A stretch of DNA of 64,000 nt from an uncultured Spirochaetales bacterium. Its GTDB lineage: Bacteria; Myxococcota_A; UBA9160; SMWR01. Below are positions 1 through 12,870 of this stretch, piece after piece. Location: contig CAZZFT010000001.1 of the NCBI GenBank assembly GCA_964653555.1, forward strand, positions 929 to 64,928, in the 5' to 3' direction. How positions within the stretch are numbered: position 1 is the first letter of the stretch; each line of letters begins with the position of its first letter. A program made the translations under genes and the position numbers. The notes beneath the pieces were generated by a model. The model did not search any database. It was not told the DNA's origin and saw nothing but the letters and a program-made list of their open reading frames with translations.

Positions 1-645
1 GTCCCGTACGCCGGTCCGTGGAACGGGGGCACGCTCACGACCGCGGGCAACCTCGTGTTCCAGGGCACCGCCCGCGGCGCCTTCGCCGCGTACCGGGCGA
101 CCGACGGAAAGCGCCTGTGGGAGACGCCCGCCGGCACGGGCATCGTCGCGGCGCCCGTCACCTACGAGCTCGACGGCGAGCAGTACGTGGCCGTGATGGC
201 GGGCTGGGGCGGCGCCTTCGCACTCGCCGCCGGTGACGCCGCCGCGGCGGCGGGCGTCTCGCGCGAGACCAATCAGGGTCGGCTCCTCGTGTTCAAGCTC
301 GGCGGCACCGCGACGGTTCCCGTGCACGAGGCGGCGGAGCGCGAGGTCGTGCCGATCCCCAGCCGTTTCGACGCCGCCACCGTGAAGCGCGGCAGCGATC
401 TCTTCCACCGCTGGTGCGGAACCTGTCATGGACCCGGCGCGGTGAGCGGCGGCGTCCTGCCGGACCTGCGCAAGTCCGATCCGTCGGTGTACGGGTCCTA
501 CGACGCGATCGTGCTGCGCGGCGCGCGTCTGGCGAAGGGAATGCCGCGACTGGACGCCTACCTCGACCGCGATGACGTCGCGTACATCCGCGCCTACGTG
601 CTGACGCGGCGGGCGGCGCTCGTCGCGGAGGGCGGAGCCCCCTGA
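1..645 (+). CDS. PQQ-dependent quinohemoprotein-type alcohol dehydrogenase, C-terminal fragment (5' end outside window)
   Basis: Frame 1 is open from base 1. It has propeller-like segments (GNLVFQGTARG, YVAVMAGWGG) followed by a cytochrome c CxxCH site (CGTCHG). Stop TGA is at 643-645. Confidence 0.75.
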   Translation, partial: VPYAGPWNGGTLTTAGNLVFQGTARGAFAAYRATDGKRLWETPAGTGIVAAPVTYELDGEQYVAVMAGWGGAFALAAGDAAAAAGVSRETNQGRLLVFKLGGTATVPVHEAAEREVVPIPSRFDAATVKRGSDLFHRWCGTCHGPGAVSGGVLPDLRKSDPSVYGSYDAIVLRGARLAKGMPRLDAYLDRDDVAYIRAYVLTRRAALVAEGGAP

Positions 646-734
646 CGCGCAACGCCACGCCCGCGGAGGCGCTCGCGGCCTTCCGCCCCGCTACCCGCGC
701 CTGGTTCGAGGCGAGCTTCGCGAAGGCGACGCCG

Positions 735-5090
<4,356 letters not shown>

Positions 5091-5130
5091 GCCCGTCCTA
5101 TACTCGGCCGCCCGAAAACGGGAGGACTCG

Positions 5131-6927
5131 ATGCGTCACCGGAGTGCGCTTCTCGCCGCGGGTCTCGTCGCGATCGCGGCCTGCGGGACGCCGGTCCCGC
5201 CGCCGCCGACCGCGGACTCGGCCACCGAGCGGCAGACGACGAGCGGTCGCGTCGTCGGCTTCGTCGACGACGCGGGCAACCGGGTCTGGCTCGGGATTCC
5301 CTACGCGGCACCGCCGACGGGCGAGCGGCGCTGGCGCGCGCCGGCCGCGCCCGAGCGGTGGGCCGGAGTGCGCGAGGCGCTGGCCTTCGGCCCGCGCTGT
5401 CCGCAGCTCGCCAGCCGCCTCGACTCGAAGGCGCCGCCGCGCACCGTGCTCGGAGCGGAGGACTGTCTCTCGCTCAACATCTGGGCGCCGGCCGACACCG
5501 GGGGCGCCCCCCTGCCGGTCATGGTCTGGATCCACGGCGGCGGCAACGTGGCCGGCGGCAGCGACTTCTACGACGGCGCCGCCTTCGCGGCGCAGCAAAG
5601 GGTCGTGCTGGTCAGCGTGAACTACCGGCTCGGTCCGCTCGGGTGGCTGCGCCACGCGTCGCTCCGCGAGGGGGCTGGCTTCGAGGAGGAGTCGGGGAAC
5701 TTCGGCACCCTCGACCTGATCCATGCGCTCGGCTGGGTGCGCGACAACATCTCCGCCTTCGGTGGCGATCCCGACGCCGTGACGATCTTCGGAGAGAGCG
5801 CCGGGGCCCGGAACGTGGTCTCCCTGCTGCTCGCGCCCGGGGCCTACGGCCTGTTCCACGGCGCGATCGCGGAGAGCGGCGGGACCCGTTCGAGCGGCCT
5901 GGACGAGGCCGAGGCCTTCGTCGACGCTCCGACGCCGGGCGACGCCGACAGCTCCGGCGAGCTGCTGCTGCGCCTGCTCGAGGCCGACGGGGCGGGGGAC
6001 CGCGAGGCGACGAAGGCCCGTCTCGCCGCGATGTCGAGTCGCGAGACCGCCGACTACCTGCGCGGGAAGAGCCCCACCGCGCTGCTGGCCGCCTACGAGG
6101 AGAACGGGGTCGGCTCGGGCCTGTACACGCTCCCTCAGCTGTTCCGAGACGGAATCGTCCTGCCGAAGGTCGAGTTCCTCGACGCCTTCGCCACCGGAGA
6201 CTACGCGCGGGTCCCGGTGATCCTCGGCAGCAACCGCGACGAGGACAAGCTGTTCATGTTCGCCTCGCCGCTGTACGTGCGGCGGTTCCTGGGCATTCCG
6301 CGCCTGCGCGACCCCGAGGCCTACGAGCGCGAGGCGAGCTACCGCTCGCGCTTCTGGAAGGCGAACGGCGTCGACGAGCCGGCGGCGCTGCTGCGGCGTC
6401 TGCAGGGACCCAGCGTGTTCGCCTACCGCTTCGACTGGGACGAGCAGCCGAGCATCCTGGGCGCCGATCTGGGCGAGATGCTCGGCGCCGCCCACTTCAT
6501 GGAGGTTCCCTTCGTCTTCGCGCACTGGCAGCTCGGACCCAACACCGACCTCCTCTTCGACGAGGACAACGCGCCGGGTCGGGAGGCCGTGTCTCATGCC
6601 ATGCAGTCCTACTGGGCGGAGTTCGCCTGGACCGGTCGCCCGGGCAAGGGCCGCGGGGGGGACCTGCCCGCCTGGTCGCCCTGGGATCCGAGCGCGCCGA
6701 CCGCCGACAAGTACATCGTCTTCGACACGCCGCAGGACGGCGGCATCCGCATGGCCCACGAGGTGCAGAGCAACGAAGCGCTGTTCGCCGAGCTCGCCCG
6801 GGACACCGCCTACGACGAGCACGCCCGCTGCGCGCTCTTCGCCGAATGGGTCCGCTCGGTGCCGCGGGTGGCTCCGCGAAGCGGCTCGCTCGGCTGCGAC
6901 GTTCCAGCCGTCGCGAGCGGGGAGTAG
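5131..6927 (+). CDS. Carboxylesterase/lipase type B, lipoprotein
   Basis: ATG 5131 is preceded by GGAGGA. Lipobox signal LLAAGLVAIAAC. Type-B esterase motifs WIHGGGNVAGG and nucleophile elbow GESAGA. The upstream part of ORF 4606-6927 overlaps lhr and looks non-coding. Confidence 0.88.
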   Translation: MRHRSALLAAGLVAIAACGTPVPPPPTADSATERQTTSGRVVGFVDDAGNRVWLGIPYAAPPTGERRWRAPAAPERWAGVREALAFGPRCPQLASRLDSKAPPRTVLGAEDCLSLNIWAPADTGGAPLPVMVWIHGGGNVAGGSDFYDGAAFAAQQRVVLVSVNYRLGPLGWLRHASLREGAGFEEESGNFGTLDLIHALGWVRDNISAFGGDPDAVTIFGESAGARNVVSLLLAPGAYGLFHGAIAESGGTRSSGLDEAEAFVDAPTPGDADSSGELLLRLLEADGAGDREATKARLAAMSSRETADYLRGKSPTALLAAYEENGVGSGLYTLPQLFRDGIVLPKVEFLDAFATGDYARVPVILGSNRDEDKLFMFASPLYVRRFLGIPRLRDPEAYEREASYRSRFWKANGVDEPAALLRRLQGPSVFAYRFDWDEQPSILGADLGEMLGAAHFMEVPFVFAHWQLGPNTDLLFDEDNAPGREAVSHAMQSYWAEFAWTGRPGKGRGGDLPAWSPWDPSAPTADKYIVFDTPQDGGIRMAHEVQSNEALFAELARDTAYDEHARCALFAEWVRSVPRVAPRSGSLGCDVPAVASGE

Positions 6928-6957
6928 CGCCTACAGGCGCGCGCCGGAGGCGAAGGA

Positions 6958-7575
6958 CTAGGCCGGCCGGCCCAGGCCCTCACCGATGTGCTCGCCCAGG
7001 TCGTCGCGAAAGCTCTTCACCTTGAAGGCGATGGCGATTCGCAGCGCGCCCGTGAGGATCGCCCAGGACGCGATCACGTAGACCACGGAGATCGCGCCGG
7101 ACAACGGCTGGAAGAAGATCAGCAGCCCGAACAGGATCGAGAGTCCGCCCGTCAGGTAGAGCATCCACTCCTGCTCGGTCAGCTTGCGGATCTTGAAGCC
7201 GAGACCGACGCACACCCCGCCGATCAGGAGGGCGGTGAACGCCACGGTGTAGACGAAGACGGTCATCGTGAGGGCGGGGTGCAGGAGCAGATAGCCGCCG
7301 AGGGCGATGCCCAGCGCACCCATCGCCAGCATCAGCCACCACCCGTCCTTCTCCCGGTGCGCGATCGCGGCGAACAGGTTCGCGACGCCGTCCACCAGCA
7401 GGGCGGCGGCGAAGAAGATCGCCAGCACCAGGAGCGCCGCACCCGGGTTCAGGAAGGCCAGCACGCCGAAGGCGACACTGGCGATTCCGCCGATCAGGAA
7501 CACCCACCAGTTTCGCTTGCAGAGTGCCTGCACGGTGCGCAGGGCGGGGGCTGCGGGGGTGTCCGTCGAGGCCAT
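6958..7575 (-). CDS. HdeD/DUF308-family membrane protein
   Basis: Multi-TM protein with repeated WW/G-rich helices (NWWVFLIGGIASVAFGVLAF, DGWWLMLAMGALGIALG). ATG at 7575 is preceded by GGAGGG. Confidence 0.75.
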   Translation of the reverse strand: MASTDTPAAPALRTVQALCKRNWWVFLIGGIASVAFGVLAFLNPGAALLVLAIFFAAALLVDGVANLFAAIAHREKDGWWLMLAMGALGIALGGYLLLHPALTMTVFVYTVAFTALLIGGVCVGLGFKIRKLTEQEWMLYLTGGLSILFGLLIFFQPLSGAISVVYVIASWAILTGALRIAIAFKVKSFRDDLGEHIGEGLGRPA

Positions 7576-7791
7576 GATCCCTCCGATCGGCCGGGCCGAG
7601 CCGACCCGGCGCTCTTGATGGCGTTCTTCGCGGGCCATCCTATCAGAAGTTTCTGGGCTCCAGCGCCCGCTTCCGCGTGCTCGTTGCCTGCGGGTTGCGT
7701 CTCGGCGAGGTGACGAAGATCACCCAAGCTGGCCGGCCGGCCGGCCGTAGAGGGGGCGAACGCGCCATTCCCGGCGCGGTGGGAGACGATC

Positions 7792-8184
7792 ATGCGCGAC
7801 GGAATGACGCGGCGCCGGGATCTCGGTCCCCAGGCGCCGCGCGGCGTGAACGGCTGGTCGGCGACGCTGGTGGAGGTGGCGGGCGGAGCCGAGGGCAACG
7901 AGTACCCGGTCGAGGGGGAGCGGGTGGTGCTGGGGCGCGGGCCGGACGTGGACCTGGCCTTCGAGGACGATCTGATGTCCGCCCAGCACGCGGTCTTCGA
8001 GCACTCGCGAGGCGCCTTCAGCGTCACGGACCTCGACAGCACCAACGGCACCCGTGTCAACGGAGCAGCGGTCACGACGCGCGCGCTGGCGCATGGCGAC
8101 CGGATCGAGATCGGGCGCCACGTCTTCCACCTGCTTTTGGAGAAGCGCGACAAACCGCCCCGCACCTGGGTGATCGACGAGTAG
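7792..8184 (+). CDS. FHA domain-containing protein
   Basis: 130 aa with the FHA signature VVLGRGPDVDLAFEDDLMSAQHAVF...TDLDSTNGTRVNG. RBS GGGAGA lies upstream. Confidence 0.85.
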   Translation: MRDGMTRRRDLGPQAPRGVNGWSATLVEVAGGAEGNEYPVEGERVVLGRGPDVDLAFEDDLMSAQHAVFEHSRGAFSVTDLDSTNGTRVNGAAVTTRALAHGDRIEIGRHVFHLLLEKRDKPPRTWVIDE

Positions 8185-8193
8185 GTTCCGAAC

Positions 8194-9375
8194 GTGAGCG
8201 AGCCGACGACTCGCAAGATCGGCCGCTACGAGGTGGAGCGGGAGCTCGCCGAGGGCGGCATGGGGGTGGTGTATCTGGCGCTCCAGCCGGAGCTGGAGCG
8301 CCCGGTCGTGCTCAAGCGCAAGCGCCGCGACCTGGACGGCGACGAGGAGGCCGACGAGCGCTTCCTGCGCGAGGCGCGCAGCGCCGCTGCCATCCACCAT
8401 CCCAACGTGGTCGCCGTGTACGACTGCTTCGCCTGGCGCGGGGAGCCCTACATCGTCAGCGAGTACGTGGACGGGATCGACGCCGCGAGCGCGCTGGCGA
8501 AGGCGGGGCCCCTGCCGCCGCGGATCGCGACGCTGCTCGCCCTGGAGATCGTCCGCGGCCTCGAAGAGCTGCACGGGCGCGGTCTGGTGCACCGCGACCT
8601 CAAGCCCGACAACGTGCTGCTCGGCCGCGGCGGGGAGGTGAAGATCGCCGACTTCGGCATCGCGCACGATCCCCGAGGCCCGTCGCTCACGCGCACCGGC
8701 ATCGCGCTCGGCACGCCTCCCTACATGTCACCCGAGCAGCTGCGCGGCGAACGGGTCGACTTCCGCTCGGATCTGTTCGCCCTGGGCGTCGTGCTGTACG
8801 AGCTGCTCGCGGGGACCACGCCCTTTGCAGCCCCCGATCCCGACGACGAGAAGGCGGAGCCTTCCCAGCTGCTGCGCATCGAGCGGGGACACCTCCGGTC
8901 GCTGGGCCGCGCGGCCCCCGGCACGCCGCGTGCGATCGTCCGGATCGCGCACCGCCTGCTGCGCGCCAAGCCGAAGCAGCGCTTCGCCTCCACCGCCGAG
9001 CTGCGCAGGCGGCTCGAGCGCTACCTGGGCGTCAGCGCGCCGGCCGAGACGAGGCGCGAGATCGCCGCCTGGCTGGCGGAGGGTCGGGTCCTCCCGGCGC
9101 GCGGCAAGACCCGACGGGCGTCGCCCGAGGAGCTGCCGGATCCCGCCCGCTCACGCGTGCGGAGCGGGCTGCGCTGGGCCCTGGCCGCGGCCGTCGCCGC
9201 GCTGCTCGCGACGCTGGTCCTGCGCTACCCGGATCTGCCCGTCGCATCCGCCGAGTGGACCGCGCTGACCCGGCCCTGGAGCCCCCAAGAGGCGCTGACC
9301 GTCACGGGACGGAGTCCGGGAAGCGCTCCCGAAGCATCGCCCAGCCGTCGTCCATCCAGCGCAGATCGGCCTTGA
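8194..9375 (+). CDS. Serine/threonine protein kinase (Hanks type) with C-terminal TM segment
   Basis: Motifs EGGMGVVYLA, HRDLKPDNVLL, DFGIA and PPYMSPE. TM helix LRWALAAAVAALLATLVL. Starts 9 bp after the FHA gene. Confidence 0.88.
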   Translation: MSEPTTRKIGRYEVERELAEGGMGVVYLALQPELERPVVLKRKRRDLDGDEEADERFLREARSAAAIHHPNVVAVYDCFAWRGEPYIVSEYVDGIDAASALAKAGPLPPRIATLLALEIVRGLEELHGRGLVHRDLKPDNVLLGRGGEVKIADFGIAHDPRGPSLTRTGIALGTPPYMSPEQLRGERVDFRSDLFALGVVLYELLAGTTPFAAPDPDDEKAEPSQLLRIERGHLRSLGRAAPGTPRAIVRIAHRLLRAKPKQRFASTAELRRRLERYLGVSAPAETRREIAAWLAEGRVLPARGKTRRASPEELPDPARSRVRSGLRWALAAAVAALLATLVLRYPDLPVASAEWTALTRPWSPQEALTVTGRSPGSAPEASPSRRPSSADRP

Positions 9376-9781
9376 GGCGCGCGATGCGCCAGCCGTCGGC
9401 GGTGCGCCTCAGCTCGGCGTCGTAGACCACGCCGACCGTGATCACCCGAGGCCCGTCGGGTCGCGCGAACAACCCCGGCACGTGGCCGTAGCAGTGGCTG
9501 CGCGCCCGGTCGCCGTCGAGCTCGATCAGGATGTTGGCGAGCAGGTGCTGGGTGCTCCCGGGCTCCTGTCCCGCGAGCGCGGCCAGCAAGCCGTCGACGA
9601 ACTCCCTTCGTCCCGAATAACGGCCCAGCGGGCCGTAGTCCGCTTCGACGTCGTCGATCAGGCAGCTCTCGAGAAGCGCACGCTCGACGCGGTCGAGGCC
9701 GAGCGCATAGCGGTGCTGTACGTCGCGGATCGCTTCGCGGTCCGCGAGATCGCGCAGGATTTCTCGATCGCTTCGTGTCAT
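9302..9781 (-). CDS. NTF2-like (SnoaL-like) family protein
   Basis: About 160 aa. The N-terminal pattern DREAIRDVQHRYALGLDR is typical of SnoaL/NTF2-like proteins. ATG 9781 is preceded by GAGGGAG. Sits immediately downstream of the SDR in the same orientation. Confidence 0.7.
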   Translation of the reverse strand: MTRSDREILRDLADREAIRDVQHRYALGLDRVERALLESCLIDDVEADYGPLGRYSGRREFVDGLLAALAGQEPGSTQHLLANILIELDGDRARSHCYGHVPGLFARPDGPRVITVGVVYDAELRRTADGWRIARLKADLRWMDDGWAMLRERFPDSVP

Positions 9782-9829
9782 GTCTCCCTCGGACTCGCCT
9801 TCGGCGCCGGACGCGCGGCGGGGACCCAC

Positions 9830-10684
9830 TCAGGGCCCTCGTAGATCGGGTTGGACCGGCTCCCGCCCGCTCAGCAACGCGTCGATCCGCGCCGAGATCA
9901 TCTCCCGCGTCTCGTCGTGGGTGAGGATCAGGAAGCGTTTTTCGCGAATCGCCTCCAGCACCGCCTGGGCCACCTCGTCGGGTGCGATCCCCGTCTCGAC
10001 CGCCCTGCGGGATTCCTCCGCGAGGCGCTGGAGGAGCGGATCCGACGGGGCCTCGGGCCGATCCGGGTGCCCCGGTCGGGTTCGGGGGCCGTCGAGGATC
10101 GACGTGCGCACGTAGTGGGGGCACAGCAAGGAGACCCGGATCGGCGCGCCCACCAGGGAGAGGTCGTGGTGCAGGCACTCGGTGAGCGCGACCACCGCGT
10201 GCTTCGAGACGACATAGGGCGCAAAGAGCATCGTCGAAGTCAGGCCGGCGATCGAGGCCGTGTTCACGACGTGCGCGCGCTCGCCGCGCTCGACCATGCG
10301 CGGCACGAAGGCGCGAATCCCGTGCAGGACGCCGCGGAAGTTCACGTCGAGGGACTCGCTCCAGTCCGCCTCGTCGATCTCCCAGACCCACCCGCCCGCG
10401 GAGGCGACACCGGCGTTGTTGCAGAGAACGTCGACGTCGCCAAAGGCGCTCCACACCGAGGCCGCCAGGCTCTCGACGTCCCCGGCATTCGAGACGTCGG
10501 CCCCCACGGCCAGCACCTCCCGACCTTCCGCGCGCAGCTCGGCGGCCGCGTGCTCCAGGGGCTCGCGCCGCAGGTCCGAGAGGACGACGCGCATGCCTTC
10601 CGCGGCGAAGCGCCGGGCCAGCGCCAGACCGATGCCGCTCGCGGCTCCCGTCACCACCGCGACCTTACCTGCGAGTTCGCGCAC
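9830..10684 (-). CDS. SDR family oxidoreductase
   Basis: Rossmann motif VTGAASGIG, NNAG, and catalytic Y..xK (YVVSKHAV). GTG 10684 is preceded by GGGAGGAG. Confidence 0.88.
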   Translation of the reverse strand: MRELAGKVAVVTGAASGIGLALARRFAAEGMRVVLSDLRREPLEHAAAELRAEGREVLAVGADVSNAGDVESLAASVWSAFGDVDVLCNNAGVASAGGWVWEIDEADWSESLDVNFRGVLHGIRAFVPRMVERGERAHVVNTASIAGLTSTMLFAPYVVSKHAVVALTECLHHDLSLVGAPIRVSLLCPHYVRTSILDGPRTRPGHPDRPEAPSDPLLQRLAEESRRAVETGIAPDEVAQAVLEAIREKRFLILTHDETREMISARIDALLSGREPVQPDLRGP

Positions 10685-10735
10685 GCCGTCTCCTCCCGGC
10701 CGACCTCCCCGGTTGACTCCGAGATCCGCTCCGTG

Positions 10736-10770
10736 CATATATGTACACGAACGTGCCAAAAAATTATATG
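10736..10770. promoter_or_regulatory. Recurrent AT-rich promoter/operator motif, site 1 (SDR / AveC-1 divergent region)
   Basis: CATATATGTACACGAACGTGCCAAAAAATTATATG. Contains the inverted half-sites ACACG-AA-CGTG. Confidence 0.4.
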
Positions 10771-10782
10771 GGGGCTCTCACG

Positions 10783-11874
10783 ATGGCGGTGTCGGCGACG
10801 AGATCGATGGACGTGCTGGCCGTACCGGGGGTCCGGGCACAGTGGGGCGCAGCCCACTACCTCGCGTTCATCGGGGGTGTGATGCTGGTCCTCCAGGGGT
10901 GGACCTACGGCGCCTGGCTCGTGGCGGGCCCGTACACCGTCACCGAGTTCAAGACGCCCGGCTCCTTGAACTGGTGGGCGGCCCGCTGCTACGAGGTCGC
11001 CTTCGGGACGTTCTTCTTCTGCCTGCTCTTCTGGGTGGCGCGTCGCTGCATTCGGGAGCGGCGCTTCACCTTCGACGCGAAGCTGATGCTGGCCGGCTGG
11101 TCGGTGATCTGGCTGGACGCCTGGACCAACATCCTCGCGCCCATCTGGCTGTACAGCTCGAACTGGGTGAATCTGAACAACCCGCTCTCGGGCTTTCCTC
11201 TTCCGGTGAACCCGGACATAGGGCGGCTGCCGTTTCCGCTGCTCTTCCACACGTTCTGCTATCCGCTGACCAACCTGGGTGCGGGGCTGCTCGTGTGCGG
11301 AATCATGGGCTCGCTCCGCTCCCGCTGGCCTTCGATCAGCGTCGCGCGCATGCTCGGCATCGCCGTCCTGGTGGGGATCGCCTTCGACCTGGCCTTCGAG
11401 ATTCCGATGTTCAAGCTCCGCCTCTGGGCGTTCCCGGGTACCCCGGATCAGCTCGCTCTGTTCAGTGGCAACAGCACCAAGTTCCCGATCTGGGAGATGA
11501 TTCCGGCGGGGATCGGATTTGCCTCGTTCGGCGCTCTACGCTTCTTCAAGGACGACAAGGGCCGCGAGCTGACCGAGCGCGGTCTCGAGGCGCACGCCCC
11601 GTGGAAGCGTACGGTTATCTCGACGGTAGCCGTGGTGGGCGCGGTGAACATCGTCTGGCTCGTCTGTACGACGGGACAGGCGCTCGTCGGCTTCTTCTCC
11701 GCGCCCTACAAGCCGCTGCCCGCCTACCTGGTGAACGACATGTGCGATGCTCCGCTCCTGGAGGGCAGTCGGGTGACCGGCACCCGTTACGGTCCCTGCC
11801 CCGAGAAGGGCTTCTCCATGCCGATCCGCGACCTGCCCGGACCGGCGCCGGGCTCGCCCTACGACTCCTACTGA
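10783..11874 (+). CDS. AveC-family (spirocyclase-like) integral membrane protein, copy 1
   Basis: 363-aa polytopic membrane protein. I recognise it as AveC-family from memory. It is about 80% identical to the ORF at 58373-59464, and both copies start at a conserved MAV(S/T)A. Confidence 0.7.
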   Translation: MAVSATRSMDVLAVPGVRAQWGAAHYLAFIGGVMLVLQGWTYGAWLVAGPYTVTEFKTPGSLNWWAARCYEVAFGTFFFCLLFWVARRCIRERRFTFDAKLMLAGWSVIWLDAWTNILAPIWLYSSNWVNLNNPLSGFPLPVNPDIGRLPFPLLFHTFCYPLTNLGAGLLVCGIMGSLRSRWPSISVARMLGIAVLVGIAFDLAFEIPMFKLRLWAFPGTPDQLALFSGNSTKFPIWEMIPAGIGFASFGALRFFKDDKGRELTERGLEAHAPWKRTVISTVAVVGAVNIVWLVCTTGQALVGFFSAPYKPLPAYLVNDMCDAPLLEGSRVTGTRYGPCPEKGFSMPIRDLPGPAPGSPYDSY

Positions 11875-12854
11875 GGGGATCCGAGCGGGCTCGGACCCTC
11901 GTCGAGCCCGTCGCCCATCCACGCGCGGACGAGCACGGGGGGCCGGGCCGTGCCGCGGCGCGCGTGATTGAGCACCTCGACGTCGGTGAAGCCCGTTCGT
12001 CCGCCCGCGCGGGCGGGTCCGATCCCCTGGACCAGCAGACTACCGCTCGACTCGTAGACCGCGCCGTCGACGACCTGCGACTCGATCTCGAGGCGCGAGC
12101 CGTCGGCGAGGCGAGCGCTCGAGCTGACGCCCCGGAAGCTCAGGCCATCGACCTCCTGGTGCACCAGGATGTCGATGTCGCGCAGCGCCTCCGGGCGCCC
12201 GTTGCGAACCACATAGCCGGCGCGATTCACCCTTCCCTTGTCGCTCACGTACGCCGCGAGGCTGAAGCAGAGCTCGGGGCCGACCGTCCCGACGCACCAC
12301 CGGGACGCGAGCACCGTGGACCAGTGCCGGATTCCCCAGGAGCGGTCGCGATGGAAGAAGCCGTCGATCTCCCAGCGGCGGGGGCCGAGTTGCAGCCCTC
12401 CCCGTACGCGACCCGATAGCTCGAAGTGCTCCGGTGCGATGGTATCTCGGCCGTCACCGTGGCCGACCAGGTCCCAGTAGCGGAAGCGCGGGTGGAAGTC
12501 TTCGAACGCCAGGTCGATCTGGCAGGCGCCCTCGTCGACGCGCAGACCCACGCCTCCATTCCACACGACGCGGTGTCGGGGGCCGAGGCCGAAGGCATTG
12601 CCGAGCCGGTCTGCGTCGGCGAGGGGGACGTGCTCCCGCGCGTAGCGATAGCGCGGTCCTGTCGCTGAGACGATCTGGCATGCCACGGTTCCGGTGCCGC
12701 GGTTTGGCTCGTGATGCATGCGGTAGAAGCCGCCGATTCGCTGGGCCGAGTCGTACCAGACCAGGAGCGGGCACTCGTGCCAGGCCGGATCGTCACTCAC
12801 GGGATGGGGAAGATCGTCGGCCTCCGCGTAGGTGCCGGGGGCTGCATCGCTCAT
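11868..12854 (-). CDS. Conserved protein of unnamed family (RDRSWG motif), paralog 1
   Basis: ATG 12854 is preceded by AGGAGA. Shares PxWxE, IDLAFE and HFELSGRVRGGL...HRDRSWG motifs with the ORFs at 44779 and 54661. Confidence 0.7.
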   Translation of the reverse strand: MSDAAPGTYAEADDLPHPVSDDPAWHECPLLVWYDSAQRIGGFYRMHHEPNRGTGTVACQIVSATGPRYRYAREHVPLADADRLGNAFGLGPRHRVVWNGGVGLRVDEGACQIDLAFEDFHPRFRYWDLVGHGDGRDTIAPEHFELSGRVRGGLQLGPRRWEIDGFFHRDRSWGIRHWSTVLASRWCVGTVGPELCFSLAAYVSDKGRVNRAGYVVRNGRPEALRDIDILVHQEVDGLSFRGVSSSARLADGSRLEIESQVVDGAVYESSGSLLVQGIGPARAGGRTGFTDVEVLNHARRGTARPPVLVRAWMGDGLDEGPSPLGSPQ

Positions 12855-12870
12855 CGGTCTCCTGCTCGGT

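Noticed and set aside
6927-6972. The GCGCC-TACA-GGCGC hairpin (6927-6940) and the GGCC repeats (6961-6972) as a bidirectional terminator or repeat element between the esterase and hdeD genes.
   Set aside because: The stem is only 5 bp with no U-tract, and the GGCC repeat lies inside the hdeD coding sequence (…GRPA*). This is too weak to call a feature.
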